From positions 352,001 through 416,000 of the forward strand of contig CAVZMH010000016.1 in the NCBI GenBank assembly GCA_963776345.1: a stretch of DNA of 64,000 nt. Reading direction: 5' to 3'. Shown here in pieces: positions 41,308 to 51,979 of the stretch. Each line of letters opens with the position of its first letter. The first letter of the stretch is position 1. The translations under genes were made by a program, and so were the position numbers. Source of the stretch: an uncultured delta proteobacterium (GTDB lineage Bacteria; Myxococcota; Myxococcia; Myxococcales; Myxococcaceae). The notes under the pieces are model-generated. The model was not told the origin of the DNA, did no database searches, and saw nothing but the letters and a program-made list of their open reading frames with translations.

Positions 41308-42768
41308 TCAGCGACGGAGCGAGAGCGCCACCGGCTCGGCCAGGAGATCGGCCGCCGCCCCGTCGGCGGCCTCGAGCAGCGGGCGCGGCCACAGCCCGAG
41401 CCCCACCACCGCCACCAGACACGCGCCGATCGCCAGGCGAAGCGGGAGCCGCGTCGGGACCGGCGCGTTCCCCTCTCCCTCGGCCATGAACGTCGAGCGC
41501 GCCACGCTCAGGTAGTAGAAGAGCCCGAACACCGCGAGCGCGACGCCGAGCACCACCAGCCAGCCGAGGCCGGCGCGGTAGCCGGCGAGCAGCACGAAGA
41601 GCTTGGCCCAGAACCCGGCGACGAACGGGATGCCGGCCAGCGAGAGCAGGAAGACCAGCATCGCCGCCCCGAGCACGGGCGCCCGCCGGGACAGCCCCGC
41701 GAGCCTCGACACGCTGTGTCCCCCGGAGCCCTCGGCGCCGGCGTGGAGCACCAGGAACGCGCCGAGGTTGGTGAAGACGTAGGTGGCCATGAAGAACAGC
41801 GCCATGGCCAGCCCCGCCCGCGTGCGCGCGGCGAGACCGATGAGCACGTAGCCCATCTGGGCGATGCCGGAGAACCCGAGCAGCCGCCGCACGTCGGACT
41901 GGTTCAGGGCGAAGAGGTTCCCCACCAGCATGCTCGCCGCCGAGAGCAGCACCACCGCGGGGGCCCAGAGCCCGGCCTCCCCCGCCCAGCCATGCAGCAG
42001 GATGACCGCCAGCGCCGCCAGGCCTCCCAGCTTCGGCGCCACGGAGAGGAACGCCACGAAGGGAGTGGGCGCGCCCTGGTACGTGTCAGGGACCCAGAAG
42101 TGGAAGGGCACCGCGCCGATCTTGAAGCCGAAGCCCGCGACGATGAGGAGCATGCCCACCGCCGCCAGCGGCGCCCGGGCCGGGTCGGCCACCACGTCGA
42201 TCCGCGAGGTTCCGCTCAGGCCCACGACGAGCGCGAGCCCGAAGAAGGTCAGCGCCGAGCTGGCCGTCCCGGTGACGAAGAGCTTCAGGCCCGCCTCGGC
42301 GCCCAGGCGAGGACGGTCGGGGGGGCCGTCGTTCTTCGCCCAGGCGGCGAGCGCGTACAGCGGGATCCCCATCAGCTCGAACGAGACCACCAGCAGGGCC
42401 CAGTCCCGTGCCCCGGGGATCATCATCATCCCCGAGGTGCTGAAGAGGACCAGCGCCAGGTACTCGGCCTGACGTCCGCCCGCGCGCGCCTCGAGCCAGT
42501 CCATCGATCCGAGCACCGCGAGGAGCGCGCTGCAGAGGAAGAGGCGCTGGAGGAACAGCGTCCAGGGCCCGGCGACGTACGCCCGGTGGGGAGCGACGCC
42601 CGCCGAGTTCAGTCCCGTCGAGCCGAGGAGCAGCGCCAGCAGCAGCGCCGCCGCCACCCAGCCCCAGAGACGGCCCCGGCCGGGCAGGAGCGTGTCGCCC
42701 CCGAGGACCACCGCGCCGAGGGCGGCGACGGCCAGCGCCGGCCCGAGGAGCTGGACCCAGGGATTCAT
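41308..42768 (-). CDS. nuoN: NADH-quinone oxidoreductase subunit N
   Basis: FELMGIPLY, FKIGAVPFHFWVPDTYQGAPTP and LSLAGIP motifs. Confidence 0.93.
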   Translation of the reverse strand: MNPWVQLLGPALAVAALGAVVLGGDTLLPGRGRLWGWVAAALLLALLLGSTGLNSAGVAPHRAYVAGPWTLFLQRLFLCSALLAVLGSMDWLEARAGGRQAEYLALVLFSTSGMMMIPGARDWALLVVSFELMGIPLYALAAWAKNDGPPDRPRLGAEAGLKLFVTGTASSALTFFGLALVVGLSGTSRIDVVADPARAPLAAVGMLLIVAGFGFKIGAVPFHFWVPDTYQGAPTPFVAFLSVAPKLGGLAALAVILLHGWAGEAGLWAPAVVLLSAASMLVGNLFALNQSDVRRLLGFSGIAQMGYVLIGLAARTRAGLAMALFFMATYVFTNLGAFLVLHAGAEGSGGHSVSRLAGLSRRAPVLGAAMLVFLLSLAGIPFVAGFWAKLFVLLAGYRAGLGWLVVLGVALAVFGLFYYLSVARSTFMAEGEGNAPVPTRLPLRLAIGACLVAVVGLGLWPRPLLEAADGAAADLLAEPVALSLRR

Positions 42769-44312
42769 CGACGGAGCGCCTCCGCCACCAGCGCCACCCG
42801 GTTCAGGTAGCCGGAGGTCGTGGCGTCGATGACATCCAGGAGGAGCCGTGGCCAGAAGCCGAACACCACCAGGGCGGTGCAGAGCACCACCGGCGCAGCC
42901 CACTCGGTCCGGCGCGGATCGCCCAGGTGCGACAGGTCGCCCGGAGGCCTCGGGCCCCAGAAGATGATCTTCGAGGCCCGGAGCACGTACACCGCGGTGA
43001 CGAAGGCGCCGAGCACCGCCGGCACCGTCCACCACGCGCTCCGGCCGGTGGCCGCTCCGAGGAACACCAGGAACTCGGCCACGAAGCCCGCCGTCCCCGG
43101 CAGCCCGAGCGAGGACAGCGCGCCCAGGGTGAAGAACGCGGCGATGGCCGGCATCGCGTGGGCGAAGCCGCCCATCTTCGCGAGGTCCCGGGTGTGGGCT
43201 CGCTCGTAGACCAGGCCCACCAGGGCGAAGAACAGCCCGGTCATGATGCCGTGAGCGAACATCTGGAACACCGCGCCGTTCCAGCCCACCGGGGTCAGCG
43301 TCGCCGCCCCGAGCATCACCACCCCCATGTGGCTCACCGACGAGTAGGCCACGATGTACTTGAGGTCGTCCTGGGCCGCGGCGCAGAGCGCGCCGTAGAG
43401 AATGTTGACCACCGCCACTGCGCCCACCAGCGGCGCCCAGGCCACCGCGGCCTCCGGCGCGAGCACCATCCCCACCCGCATCACCCCGAACGCGCCGAGC
43501 TTCATCAGCACGCCGGCGTGCAGCATGCTGACCGCCGTCGGCGCCGAGGCGTGGCCGTCCGGGCTCCAGGTATGGAACGGGAAGACGCCCGCCAGCGTCC
43601 CGAAGCCGAGCCAGAGCAGCGGGAAGACCCACATCTGGGTGGAGCGCGAGAAGGGGACGGACGCGAGGTGCCCGAGGTCGAAGGTCCGGGCGCCCGCATG
43701 GGACCACAACCCGAGGATGGCCACCAGGATGGCCGCGGAGCCCACCAGCAGCATCAGGGTGAGCTTCATCGCGGCGTACTCGCGGCTGCCCACCGCGAAG
43801 CGCCGCCACGCGCCGCGGAAAGGACCGGCCGCCGGCACGGAGTGGCTGCTCCCCCAGATCCCGATGAGCAGGTACATCGGGAGGACGGCGATCTCGTAGA
43901 AGAGGAAGAAGACGAACAGGTCCTGGCTGACGAAGACACCGAAGACGCCGGTGACCAGCGTGAGGAGCAGGACGAAGAACTCCTTGTCCCGGCGCTGCAC
44001 CGTCCAGCTCGCCAGCACCCCGGTGACGATGATGATGCCGGTCAAGAGCACCAGCGCGATGCTCCAGCCGTCCGCCGCCAGCGACAGCGAGATGCCCATC
44101 GAGGGCACGAGCGGATAGCGCTCGGCGAGCTGGAAGCCGCCCACGCCCTTGTCCCAGGCCAGCGCCGCCAGGACCGCGCAGACCAGCCCGCCGCTCGCCC
44201 CGGCCAGGGACACCCAGCGAACGAGCCGCCGCATCCGGCCCGGGATGAGCAGGAGCAGCGCCGCAGCGACCGCGGGCGAGCCGACCATCAGCGAGAGGAG
44301 ATTCCGGCTCAT
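42765..44312 (-). CDS. nuoM: NADH-quinone oxidoreductase subunit M
   Basis: FFLFYEIAVLP, FPFHTWSPDGHASAPT and IVAYSSVSHMG motifs. Confidence 0.93.
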   Translation of the reverse strand: MSRNLLSLMVGSPAVAAALLLLIPGRMRRLVRWVSLAGASGGLVCAVLAALAWDKGVGGFQLAERYPLVPSMGISLSLAADGWSIALVLLTGIIIVTGVLASWTVQRRDKEFFVLLLTLVTGVFGVFVSQDLFVFFLFYEIAVLPMYLLIGIWGSSHSVPAAGPFRGAWRRFAVGSREYAAMKLTLMLLVGSAAILVAILGLWSHAGARTFDLGHLASVPFSRSTQMWVFPLLWLGFGTLAGVFPFHTWSPDGHASAPTAVSMLHAGVLMKLGAFGVMRVGMVLAPEAAVAWAPLVGAVAVVNILYGALCAAAQDDLKYIVAYSSVSHMGVVMLGAATLTPVGWNGAVFQMFAHGIMTGLFFALVGLVYERAHTRDLAKMGGFAHAMPAIAAFFTLGALSSLGLPGTAGFVAEFLVFLGAATGRSAWWTVPAVLGAFVTAVYVLRASKIIFWGPRPPGDLSHLGDPRRTEWAAPVVLCTALVVFGFWPRLLLDVIDATTSGYLNRVALVAEALRR

Positions 44313-46108
44313 CGCCAGGTCCCCAGGACGAGCAGCACCAGCGCCCCCACCACCACCGCCAGCGCGTAGTCGCGCGTCCGGCCGGTCTGGATCGGTCGCA
44401 CCGCTTCTCCCGCCTCGAGCGTCCCCCAGCCGAGGCCGTTCATCAGCCCGTCGACGAGGTAGCGATCGACCCAGCGCAGCGCGCTCCCCAGCGGGAGCAG
44501 GACGCTGCGGTAACCGAACGCCCAGGTCCGGTCGATGATCGACGCCCGGTCCATCGCCGCGAGGATCGCGGCCAGCGGCGCCTCACGGCCACGCAGGTAG
44601 ATGATCAGGGCGGTGGCCAGCCCACCCACGGCGGCCACGCTCGCCAGCACCGGCGTCAGCCCGAGGTGCAGGTGCATCTCCTCGCCGAGCCCCCGGGCGA
44701 GCCAGGGACCGAGCAGGCCTCCGGCCACCGTGGGGATGGCGAGCGCGAGCAGCGGCCCGGTCATCACCGCCGGGGACTCGTGCGCGTGCGCCGCCGCCGG
44801 TGAGGGCTTGCCGAGGAAGGTCAGCACCAGCACCCGCCCCATGTAGAAGGCGGTGAGGAACGCCGTCGCCAGCAGGAGCGCCCAGGGCACCCACCCTGCC
44901 CTGCCCTCCACCGCGGTGAGGATGGCATCCTTCGAGGCGAAGCCGGCGAACGGCGGGATGCCGGCCAGGGAGAGCGCTCCGGCGGTGAAGGTGATGGCCG
45001 TCACCGGCATCTTGCGCCCGAGCCCGCCCATGTCGGCCATCGAGTTGGAGTGCACGGCGTGGATCACGCTGCCCGCGCCGAGGAACAGGAGCGCCTTGAA
45101 GAAGGCGTGGGTCCCGAGGTGGAAGTAGCCGGCGAACGCCGATCCGGCACCGAGCGCCGCGACCATGAAGCCCAGCTGCGAGCAGGTGGAGTAGGCCAGC
45201 ACCCGCTTGATGTCGGTCTGCACCAGCCCGAGCAGCGCGGCGAACACGGCGGTGATGGTCCCGATCCACAGCATCCCGCCCTGGACCCAGTGGGCCTGGG
45301 TGAAGAGCGGATCCGCCCGGACGACGAGGTACACCCCCGCGGCCACCATCGTCGCCGCGTGAAGCAGCGCCGACACCGGCGTCGGGCCCTCCATCGCGTC
45401 CGGGAGCCAGACGTGCAGCGGGAACTGGGCCGACTTGCCCATCACCCCGAGAAAGATCAGGGCCGCCGTCGCCTCGGCCACCTCGGGGCGGAGCGCCACG
45501 TCCCAGGAGAAGGCGCCGGTGCGGGCGAACAGGAGCAGCAGCGCGAACAGGAAGCCCATGTCCGCGAGCTTCGTCATCCAGAAGGCCTTCACCGCGGCCC
45601 GCGCGGCGCTGGGGCGATCGAAGTGGAAGCCGATGAGGAGGTAGCTGACCAGGCCGACCAGCTCCCATCCGGCGAACGCCTGGAGCAGGTCCGGAGCCAG
45701 CACCAGGGTGTTCATGCTGAAGAGGAAGAGCGCGTGGAAGGCGAAATACCGCCCGTAGGAGCGCGACGTCTCTCCATGCATGTACGCCACCGAGTAGACC
45801 TGGACCGCGAGCGCCACCAGGCACACCACCACGAGCATCGGGATGGAGACGGCGTCGAGCCGGACGCCGACCTCGCCGAGCCCGCGCCCCTGCACCAGCA
45901 GCCAGGGTACCGTGGCGCGGATGGCCGTGCCGGCGACGTCCTGCGCGGCCAGCATCCCGGCCGCCCCGGTCGCCACCAGGCTGGCGATGATGGTCAGCAT
46001 CGCCGCCGGGGCGCCCCGGTGGCGGAAGGGGGGGACGACCACCGAGAGGAGCGCGGCCCCCAGCGGGGCGACGAGCGTGGCCAGAGCCAGCTGGACCGGA
46101 AGACTCAT
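44309..46108 (-). CDS. nuoL: NADH-quinone oxidoreductase subunit L
   Basis: WELVGLVSYLLIG, GKSAQFPLHVWLPDAMEGPTPVSA and DIKRVLAYST motifs. Confidence 0.93.
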   Translation of the reverse strand: MSLPVQLALATLVAPLGAALLSVVVPPFRHRGAPAAMLTIIASLVATGAAGMLAAQDVAGTAIRATVPWLLVQGRGLGEVGVRLDAVSIPMLVVVCLVALAVQVYSVAYMHGETSRSYGRYFAFHALFLFSMNTLVLAPDLLQAFAGWELVGLVSYLLIGFHFDRPSAARAAVKAFWMTKLADMGFLFALLLLFARTGAFSWDVALRPEVAEATAALIFLGVMGKSAQFPLHVWLPDAMEGPTPVSALLHAATMVAAGVYLVVRADPLFTQAHWVQGGMLWIGTITAVFAALLGLVQTDIKRVLAYSTCSQLGFMVAALGAGSAFAGYFHLGTHAFFKALLFLGAGSVIHAVHSNSMADMGGLGRKMPVTAITFTAGALSLAGIPPFAGFASKDAILTAVEGRAGWVPWALLLATAFLTAFYMGRVLVLTFLGKPSPAAAHAHESPAVMTGPLLALAIPTVAGGLLGPWLARGLGEEMHLHLGLTPVLASVAAVGGLATALIIYLRGREAPLAAILAAMDRASIIDRTWAFGYRSVLLPLGSALRWVDRYLVDGLMNGLGWGTLEAGEAVRPIQTGRTRDYALAVVVGALVLLVLGTWR

Positions 46109-46401
46109 CCCTTGGCCTCGCTCGCCAGCTCGAGCAGCGTGTCGCCGTGCCGGCGGTAGAGGAGAAGCACCAGGGCCAGCCCCACCGCGACCTCGGCGAC
46201 GGTGATCGCCAGGGCGAACAGCACCAGCGGATGTCCCGGCGCGCCGCCGTATCGAGCGAAGGCCACGAAGACCAGGTTCGCGGCGTTGGCCATCACCTCG
46301 ATGGAGAGCAGGAGGGCCACCGCCTGCCTCCGGGTGACCAGACCGTAGATGCCGACGCTGAAGAGGGCGGTGGCGACGAGCAGCAGCGCGCGGAGGGTCA
46401 C
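46105..46401 (-). CDS. nuoK: NADH-quinone oxidoreductase subunit K
   Basis: LFSVGIYG, SIEVMANA and VAEVAVGLA motifs. Confidence 0.9.
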   Translation of the reverse strand: MTLRALLLVATALFSVGIYGLVTRRQAVALLLSIEVMANAANLVFVAFARYGGAPGHPLVLFALAITVAEVAVGLALVLLLYRRHGDTLLELASEAKG

Positions 46402-46949
46402 GGGGAGCTCCCCTCTCCGAGCGCCGCGGACCCGGCGGGACCGGCAGACTCGGGCGCCGGGTCGCGGCGGCGGGCGAGCACCACCGCGCTGACGATGGCC
46501 GCGAGGAGGAGCACCGAGGCGACCTCGAAGGCGAGCAGGTAGCGGTCGAGCAGCGCGAGCGCGAGGTCCTGCGTGGACGGCGTGTCCACCACCGCGAGCG
46601 CCGAGAGATCGGTCCGGAGGATGGCCGAGGCGACGACGCCGAAGAAGGCCAGCGCCGCAACGGCGCCCCGGATCCGGTTCGTCCCGTCGATGGCCACCGT
46701 GGCGCCGGTGTGCTTCCGGGTCACCATCACTCCGAACACCATCAGGGTGACCACACCCCCGACGTAGGTGAGCACCTGGACGCCGGCGAGGAACGGTGCG
46801 CTGAGCAGCGCGTACAGCACCGCCGTCCCCAGCAGCGTCACGGCGAGCCACAGCACCGCCCGCACCAGATCGCGGCTGGTCACGACCCGGAGCGCCGGGA
46901 AGCCCACCAGCAGGAGCGCGAGCGCTCCGAAGCCCAGCTCGACGCTCAC
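46398..46949 (-). CDS. nuoJ: NADH-quinone oxidoreductase subunit J
   Basis: FLAGVQVLTYVGGV and YLLAFEVASVLLL motifs. Confidence 0.9.
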   Translation of the reverse strand: MSVELGFGALALLLVGFPALRVVTSRDLVRAVLWLAVTLLGTAVLYALLSAPFLAGVQVLTYVGGVVTLMVFGVMVTRKHTGATVAIDGTNRIRGAVAALAFFGVVASAILRTDLSALAVVDTPSTQDLALALLDRYLLAFEVASVLLLAAIVSAVVLARRRDPAPESAGPAGSAALGEGSSP

Positions 46950-47725
46950 CGGGTGCCCTCCCCCTCCGAGGATCCGCGCTCGGTCGAGCTCGACCCCTCC
47001 GCTCCCGCGCCGCTCTTCGAGGATCCGTCCGCGGGCGCACGCCGAGTGGCGCCGACCGGAGCAACGGACGCGGCGCGACCGGGCGCGGTCGCCCCGGGCT
47101 GGGCGGCGGCAGCGACCGGCGGCGCACCCGCGGCTGCCGGGACGGCGGCGGACTCGGCCGCAGGGCGCGGCGCGGGGGAAGACGCAGGAGCGCCGGCCGC
47201 CGGAGCCGCGCTCGCCGGCGCCGCGGCCTTCGGGGGCTTGGGCGGCGTCTGCATGCCGTTGAGCCGCGTGGCGTCGCCCCACGCCCGGTGCTTCGCCTTC
47301 TCGTTGGCGTAGAGCTTCGCCATGGTGAGCACCAGATCCTCGCGCCCGAACGCGGGCAGCTCCGGCTCCCGGGTCATGACGATGGCGTCCGTCGGGCAGA
47401 CCTGGACGCAGAGCTCGCAGTAGATGCAGGCGTTCAGGTCGAGCACGAAGTCGTCGGCGTAGCCGCGCTTCTTCCCGGTGATGGGCGACTCGCGCTTGCC
47501 GCCCGCCTTGATGGAGATGACCTGCGAGGGACAGATGCGTTCGCACTGCAGGCACCCGATGCACGCCTCGTCCCCGTCCTCCTCGTGGAGAAGCGCGAAG
47601 CTGGCCCGGTAGCGCTCGGCGCGCGGGCGGATGACCTCGGGGAACTCCACCGTCACTGGCCTGCGGAAGGCATTGGTCAGGCTGGTGGCCAGCGCCCGGG
47701 CCGCCGTCGTGAGGTAGTCCTTCAC
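46946..47725 (-). CDS. nuoI: NADH-quinone oxidoreductase subunit I with an Ala/Pro-rich C-terminal tail
   Basis: VTVEFPE, CIGCLQCERICP and CIYCELCVQVCP motifs. Confidence 0.9.
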   Translation of the reverse strand: MKDYLTTAARALATSLTNAFRRPVTVEFPEVIRPRAERYRASFALLHEEDGDEACIGCLQCERICPSQVISIKAGGKRESPITGKKRGYADDFVLDLNACIYCELCVQVCPTDAIVMTREPELPAFGREDLVLTMAKLYANEKAKHRAWGDATRLNGMQTPPKPPKAAAPASAAPAAGAPASSPAPRPAAESAAVPAAAGAPPVAAAAQPGATAPGRAASVAPVGATRRAPADGSSKSGAGAEGSSSTERGSSEGEGTR

Positions 47726-48693
47726 GGGAACACCACCACCCAGGTCGCGGCCGCGCCCACCAGGAGCACGCCCATCGGCACCAGCCACTTCCAGCAAAGC
47801 CCCATCAGCTGATCGGACCGGAACCGGAGCAGCGACCAGCGGATCCAGTACACCAGGGTGAAGAGGAGCAGCGTCTTCAGCACCATCCAGTGGAGTCCCG
47901 GCCAGAACGGCCCGTCCCAGCCGCCGAGGAAGAGCGCCGCCCCCACCGCCGAGGCCACGATCGTGTGGATGTACTCGGCCATGTAGAACAGCGCGAACTT
48001 CATCCCGGTGTACTCGGTGGTGACGCCGGCCACGAGCTCGCTCTCCGCCTCCGGAATGTCGAAGGGGATGCGGTTCGCCTCGGCCAGCATCGCCAGGAGG
48101 AAGATGCCGAAGGCCGGCAGGCCGATGAAGAAGGGCCAGACCACGAACCAGTGGTGGTCCGCCTGCGCCTGGACGATGGCACCCAACCGCAGCGACCCGG
48201 AGAGGATGACCGGCACCATCGCCGAGAGGAGCAGCGGCACCTCGTAGGAGATGGACTGAGCCACCGCCCGCATTCCGCCGAGCAGCGCCAGCTTGTTGTT
48301 GCTCGACCACCCCGCCCCGAAGATTGGGAGCACGGTCACCGCCCCGATGGCGAGCACGTAGAGCACGCCCACGTCCAGGTCCGAGGCCACCACCGACGGC
48401 GAGAACGGCACCACCGCGGCGGCGCCGAGCGCGGCCAGGGCAGCGAGCGGAGGCACCAGGTTGAAGATGGCTGAATCCGCATTGTCCGGGACGATGTCCT
48501 CCTTCTGGAGGAGCTTCAGGAGATCTGCCACCGGCTGCAGCAGCCCGATGGGCCCCACGATGGTCGGGCCCAGCCGGGTCTGGAGCCGGGCGGCGAACTT
48601 CCGCTCGAACCAGAGGGCCATCGCCGTCGCCGTGAGCACCACCGTGACGATGAGCACCGAGTACACCGCTCCGTGGAGGAGCCCCTCGTTCAC
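47722..48693 (-). CDS. nuoH: NADH-quinone oxidoreductase subunit H
   Basis: ERKFAARLQTRLGP, AQSISYE and NRIPFDIPEAESELVAG motifs. Confidence 0.94.
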   Translation of the reverse strand: MNEGLLHGAVYSVLIVTVVLTATAMALWFERKFAARLQTRLGPTIVGPIGLLQPVADLLKLLQKEDIVPDNADSAIFNLVPPLAALAALGAAAVVPFSPSVVASDLDVGVLYVLAIGAVTVLPIFGAGWSSNNKLALLGGMRAVAQSISYEVPLLLSAMVPVILSGSLRLGAIVQAQADHHWFVVWPFFIGLPAFGIFLLAMLAEANRIPFDIPEAESELVAGVTTEYTGMKFALFYMAEYIHTIVASAVGAALFLGGWDGPFWPGLHWMVLKTLLLFTLVYWIRWSLLRFRSDQLMGLCWKWLVPMGVLLVGAAATWVVVFP

Positions 48694-49880
48694 CGGTCCA
48701 CCTCGCCCATGATCGGGTCCACCGAGCCGAGGATCGCCACCGCGTCGCTCACCGTGCCCCCGGGGATGATGTACGGCAGCGCGGAGAGCGCGTGCAGGCT
48801 CGGCGGGCGGATCTTCAGGCGGTACGGGAACTGCGTGCCGTCCGAGACCAAGTAGGTGCCGAGCTCGCCCCGCGGGGTCTCGATCGCCACGTAGACCTGA
48901 CCCGGTGGAATCTTGGTCTGCACCGGGAGCTTCACCGGCTTGCCGGAGTTGATGCTGCCCTCGGGCACCGAATCCACCATCTCGCGCACCAGGCGGACGC
49001 TCTCGCGCATCTCGCCCAGCCGCACCTGGGCGCGGGCCAGGCAGTCCCCGCCCTGCGCGGTCACCACGTTCACCTTCACCTCGTCGTAGGCGTGGAAGGG
49101 GGCGTCGCGGCGGAGATCGTGGTCCACGCCGCAGGCACGGAGGATGGGGCCGGTGATGCCCAGCTCGAGCGCCAGCTCCGCGTCCAGCTTCCCCACCCCC
49201 ACAGTCCGGTCGAGGAAGATGCGGTTCTCCAGCGTCATGGCCTCGTACTCGTCGAGCCGGGGGCCGATGACGTCCAGCGCGGCGTGCACCTTCGCGCTCC
49301 AGCCCGCGGGCAGGTCGTGCCGGTTCCCGCCGATGGTGTGGGTGTTGTAGTGGAACCGCGCCCCGGTGACCTCCTCGAAGAGGTCCAGCACCAGCTCGCG
49401 CTCGCGGAAGCAGTGGATAAACACCGTCGACCCGCCGCCCAGGGCGCCCCCCAGGTCCAGGGCGAAGGTCCCGAGCCAGAGCAGGTGCGAGGCGATGCGC
49501 TGGAGCTCGGCGAAGAGGGTCCGCATCCACCGCGCCCGGCGCGGCACCTCGAGCTTGAGCGCCGCCTCGAAGGCCATGTTCAGGGCCTGCTCGTTGGTCA
49601 TCGGCGCGACGTAGTCGTTCTTGTCGACGATGGGGGTGATCTGCACGTAGGCCAGAGTCTCGCAGAGCTTCTCCACCGCCCGGTGGAGGTAGCCCACGTG
49701 CGGAATCACCTTCACCACCTTCTCCCCGTCCAGGTAGAGGTCCATCCGGAACACTCCGTGGGTGGACGGGTGCTGCGGCCCGAAGTGCAGGAGCATCAGC
49801 TCCCCCTCGGGGTCATACCGGTCGAGCGAGAGGTGGGGGTCGACGCGCCGGATGATCTGCACCGTCTGGAGTGCGGTCAT
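48690..49880 (-). CDS. nuoD: NADH-quinone oxidoreductase subunit D
   Basis: [19 protein letters not shown] and C-terminal DPIMGEVDR motifs; no NiFe-binding CxxC pairs. Confidence 0.93.
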   Translation of the reverse strand: MTALQTVQIIRRVDPHLSLDRYDPEGELMLLHFGPQHPSTHGVFRMDLYLDGEKVVKVIPHVGYLHRAVEKLCETLAYVQITPIVDKNDYVAPMTNEQALNMAFEAALKLEVPRRARWMRTLFAELQRIASHLLWLGTFALDLGGALGGGSTVFIHCFRERELVLDLFEEVTGARFHYNTHTIGGNRHDLPAGWSAKVHAALDVIGPRLDEYEAMTLENRIFLDRTVGVGKLDAELALELGITGPILRACGVDHDLRRDAPFHAYDEVKVNVVTAQGGDCLARAQVRLGEMRESVRLVREMVDSVPEGSINSGKPVKLPVQTKIPPGQVYVAIETPRGELGTYLVSDGTQFPYRLKIRPPSLHALSALPYIIPGGTVSDAVAILGSVDPIMGEVDR

Positions 49881-51061
49881 CGCCAGGGCGCGTACGGAAG
49901 GTTGGCCGGCAGGTCCCGACGGAGGGGATGTCGGTCGTAGTTCTCCGGCATCATCAGCCGGCGCAGGTCCGGGTGATCGGCGAACACCACGCCGACCAGG
50001 TCGTACTGCTCGCGCTCCTGCCAGTCTGCCCCGGCGAAGAGCTGGAACAGCGAGGCGACGGGCTCGCCCGGCGCGAGCCGGACCGCCCACGTTGCGATGC
50101 GCGAGCCGGCGCCCACCGTCCGGAGCAGGTAGCTGACCTCGAAGTGCTCGGGCTCGTCCGGGACCTTCCCCTTCCGGGCCGTGCCCGCCACCCAGTGCGT
50201 CGCCACCACCGACACCAGCTGCCGGTACCCGCGGGACTTGAGCCGGCTCGCGACCTCGAGGTGGCGCCGCGCCGGTACGAGCGGAGGGCCGAGCTCGCCC
50301 GTCGCCGCGATGCCCAGCTCGGTGAGCACCGCCGGCAGGTCCGGACCGGAGATATTGGAGGCGAGCTCCGTGGGCTCGGGCGCGAGCGAGGCGTGGACCG
50401 CCGGGGTGACCTCCACCTCGGTGGCGATGTCTGCCGACTCGATCTGCGCGCGGTCCATCTCGGGGGTCCGCTCCTGGTCGACCATCCGCGGGATGGACGG
50501 GCGCGTGACGCGGAGCAGCTCTGAATTGGTCTCGAGCGTGACGGTCTCGCCCTTGCGGCTCTTGCGGATCTTCTCTTGCAGCCGCAGAAACCCGTGCATC
50601 AGGGCCTCCGGGTTCGGCGGACAGCCAGGCACGTAGACGTCGACCGGAAGGAACGTGTCCACGCCCGGAACGACCGAGTACAGGTTCCGGTAGAAGTCGC
50701 CGGAGATGGCGCAGGAGCCCATGGCGATGCACCATTTGGGCTCGGGCATCTGGTCCCAGAGCTTCTTCACCCGCGACGCCATCTTCACGGTGATGGTCCC
50801 CGCCACCACCATCACGTCCGCCTGCCGCGGCGTGGCCCGGACGATGGTCCCCATCCGGTCGATGTCCACCCGGCTCGCGGCGGTGGCCATGAACTCGATG
50901 CCGCAGCAGCTGGTGGCCATGGGGAACACCCAGAGCGCGTTGCTCATCCCCCAGGTGAGCACCTGGTCCAGCGCGGTGGTGGCCACCGTCAGCCCTGGCA
51001 CGCTGAGCAGCGTCTTGTAGAGCGGGTGCTCGAACGCCGCCCCGTCGTCGACGGTCTTCAC
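49877..51061 (-). CDS. nuoBC: Fused NADH-quinone oxidoreductase subunit B/C
   Basis: N-terminal NuoB part ([25 protein letters not shown]) is in frame with a C-terminal NuoC part ([24 protein letters not shown]). Confidence 0.9.
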   Translation of the reverse strand: MKTVDDGAAFEHPLYKTLLSVPGLTVATTALDQVLTWGMSNALWVFPMATSCCGIEFMATAASRVDIDRMGTIVRATPRQADVMVVAGTITVKMASRVKKLWDQMPEPKWCIAMGSCAISGDFYRNLYSVVPGVDTFLPVDVYVPGCPPNPEALMHGFLRLQEKIRKSRKGETVTLETNSELLRVTRPSIPRMVDQERTPEMDRAQIESADIATEVEVTPAVHASLAPEPTELASNISGPDLPAVLTELGIAATGELGPPLVPARRHLEVASRLKSRGYRQLVSVVATHWVAGTARKGKVPDEPEHFEVSYLLRTVGAGSRIATWAVRLAPGEPVASLFQLFAGADWQEREQYDLVGVVFADHPDLRRLMMPENYDRHPLRRDLPANLPYAPWR

Positions 51062-51417
51062 ACCCACTGCAGCGCTCCCTTCCGGATCGCCCAGGCCCAA
51101 CCGAGCATCAGCACCCCGACGAACGTGCCCACCGCGACCAGGCCGGTGGTCCCCACCTCCCGGACGATGGTGCTCCATGGGAGAATGAGCGCGGCCTCGA
51201 TGTCGAAGAGGACGAAGAACAGGGCCACCACGTAGTAGCGGGCGTGGAAGCGCACCCAGGCCATCCCCCGGGGCGTCTCGCCGCACTCGTAGGTCTCGCG
51301 CTTGAGCGGGCTGTCGACCCGGGCGCGCACCCGGAGCAGCCGCGCCCCGACGAGGAGGCTCCCCACGGCGAGGAAGGAGATGACGAGGAAGGCGAGGAGG
51401 GAGAGACCCTGGGTCAT
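51058..51417 (-). CDS. nuoA: NADH-quinone oxidoreductase subunit A
   Basis: YECGE and [14 protein letters not shown] motifs; C-terminal KGALQW. Confidence 0.93.
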   Translation of the reverse strand: MTQGLSLLAFLVISFLAVGSLLVGARLLRVRARVDSPLKRETYECGETPRGMAWVRFHARYYVVALFFVLFDIEAALILPWSTIVREVGTTGLVAVGTFVGVLMLGWAWAIRKGALQWV

Positions 51418-51441
51418 GCACGTGCTCCCGGGAGCGACGTC

Positions 51442-51966
51442 CTACTGCGCGACCGGGTCGTCCGCATAGGCCTCTGAATCGTCAGGCTTCTCGGGGCAGC
51501 GCGCCAGCTCGGCCTTCACCAATGACTGGTGGTGCACTTCCTCGTCCCGGAGCTCCTGGAACAGCGCCTGCAACTCCGGGTCCTTGACGCGGGGCACCGC
51601 CTCGTTGAAGAAGGCGTAGGCCTTGACCTCGGCGGCGAGCACCGCCTCCAGCGCCTGGCGGACCCCCATGAAGGCCCGGGCCGCCTCGTAGCCCGGCGCC
51701 TCCACGTCGAAGAGCATTCGCCGCTCGACCGTGGAGGGGGCGTTCCCGAAGAGCGTCCGCCGGCGCTCGAGCAGCTCCGTGCGGTGCCGGTCCTCGATGC
51801 GGGCCATCCGGGAGAAGAAGTCGGCCACCTCGGGGGTGTCGTGGGTGGCGAGCTGCTCGCCGAACTCCCAGTAGCGGTCCCGGGCCTCCTCCTCGATGAG
51901 CACGGCCAGGTCGAGCGCGTCCCGGAGCGTGATCCGCTCGAAATCGATGCCGGTGATGGGAACCAT
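51442..51966 (-). CDS. Ferritin-like di-iron protein (rubrerythrin family, no rubredoxin domain)
   Basis: IEEEARDRY...IEDRH and AEVKAYAFF...EEVHH, a duplicated E...ExxH pattern. Confidence 0.85.
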   Translation of the reverse strand: MVPITGIDFERITLRDALDLAVLIEEEARDRYWEFGEQLATHDTPEVADFFSRMARIEDRHRTELLERRRTLFGNAPSTVERRMLFDVEAPGYEAARAFMGVRQALEAVLAAEVKAYAFFNEAVPRVKDPELQALFQELRDEEVHHQSLVKAELARCPEKPDDSEAYADDPVAQ

Positions 51967-51979
51967 GGCGGTGCCCTCC

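Noticed and set aside
48690..51061. Group 4 [NiFe] hydrogenase interpretation of the EFG-less cluster
   Set aside because: The large subunit lacks both CxxC Ni-binding motifs, the small subunit has the complex I CC motif, and nuoA/J/K are present.
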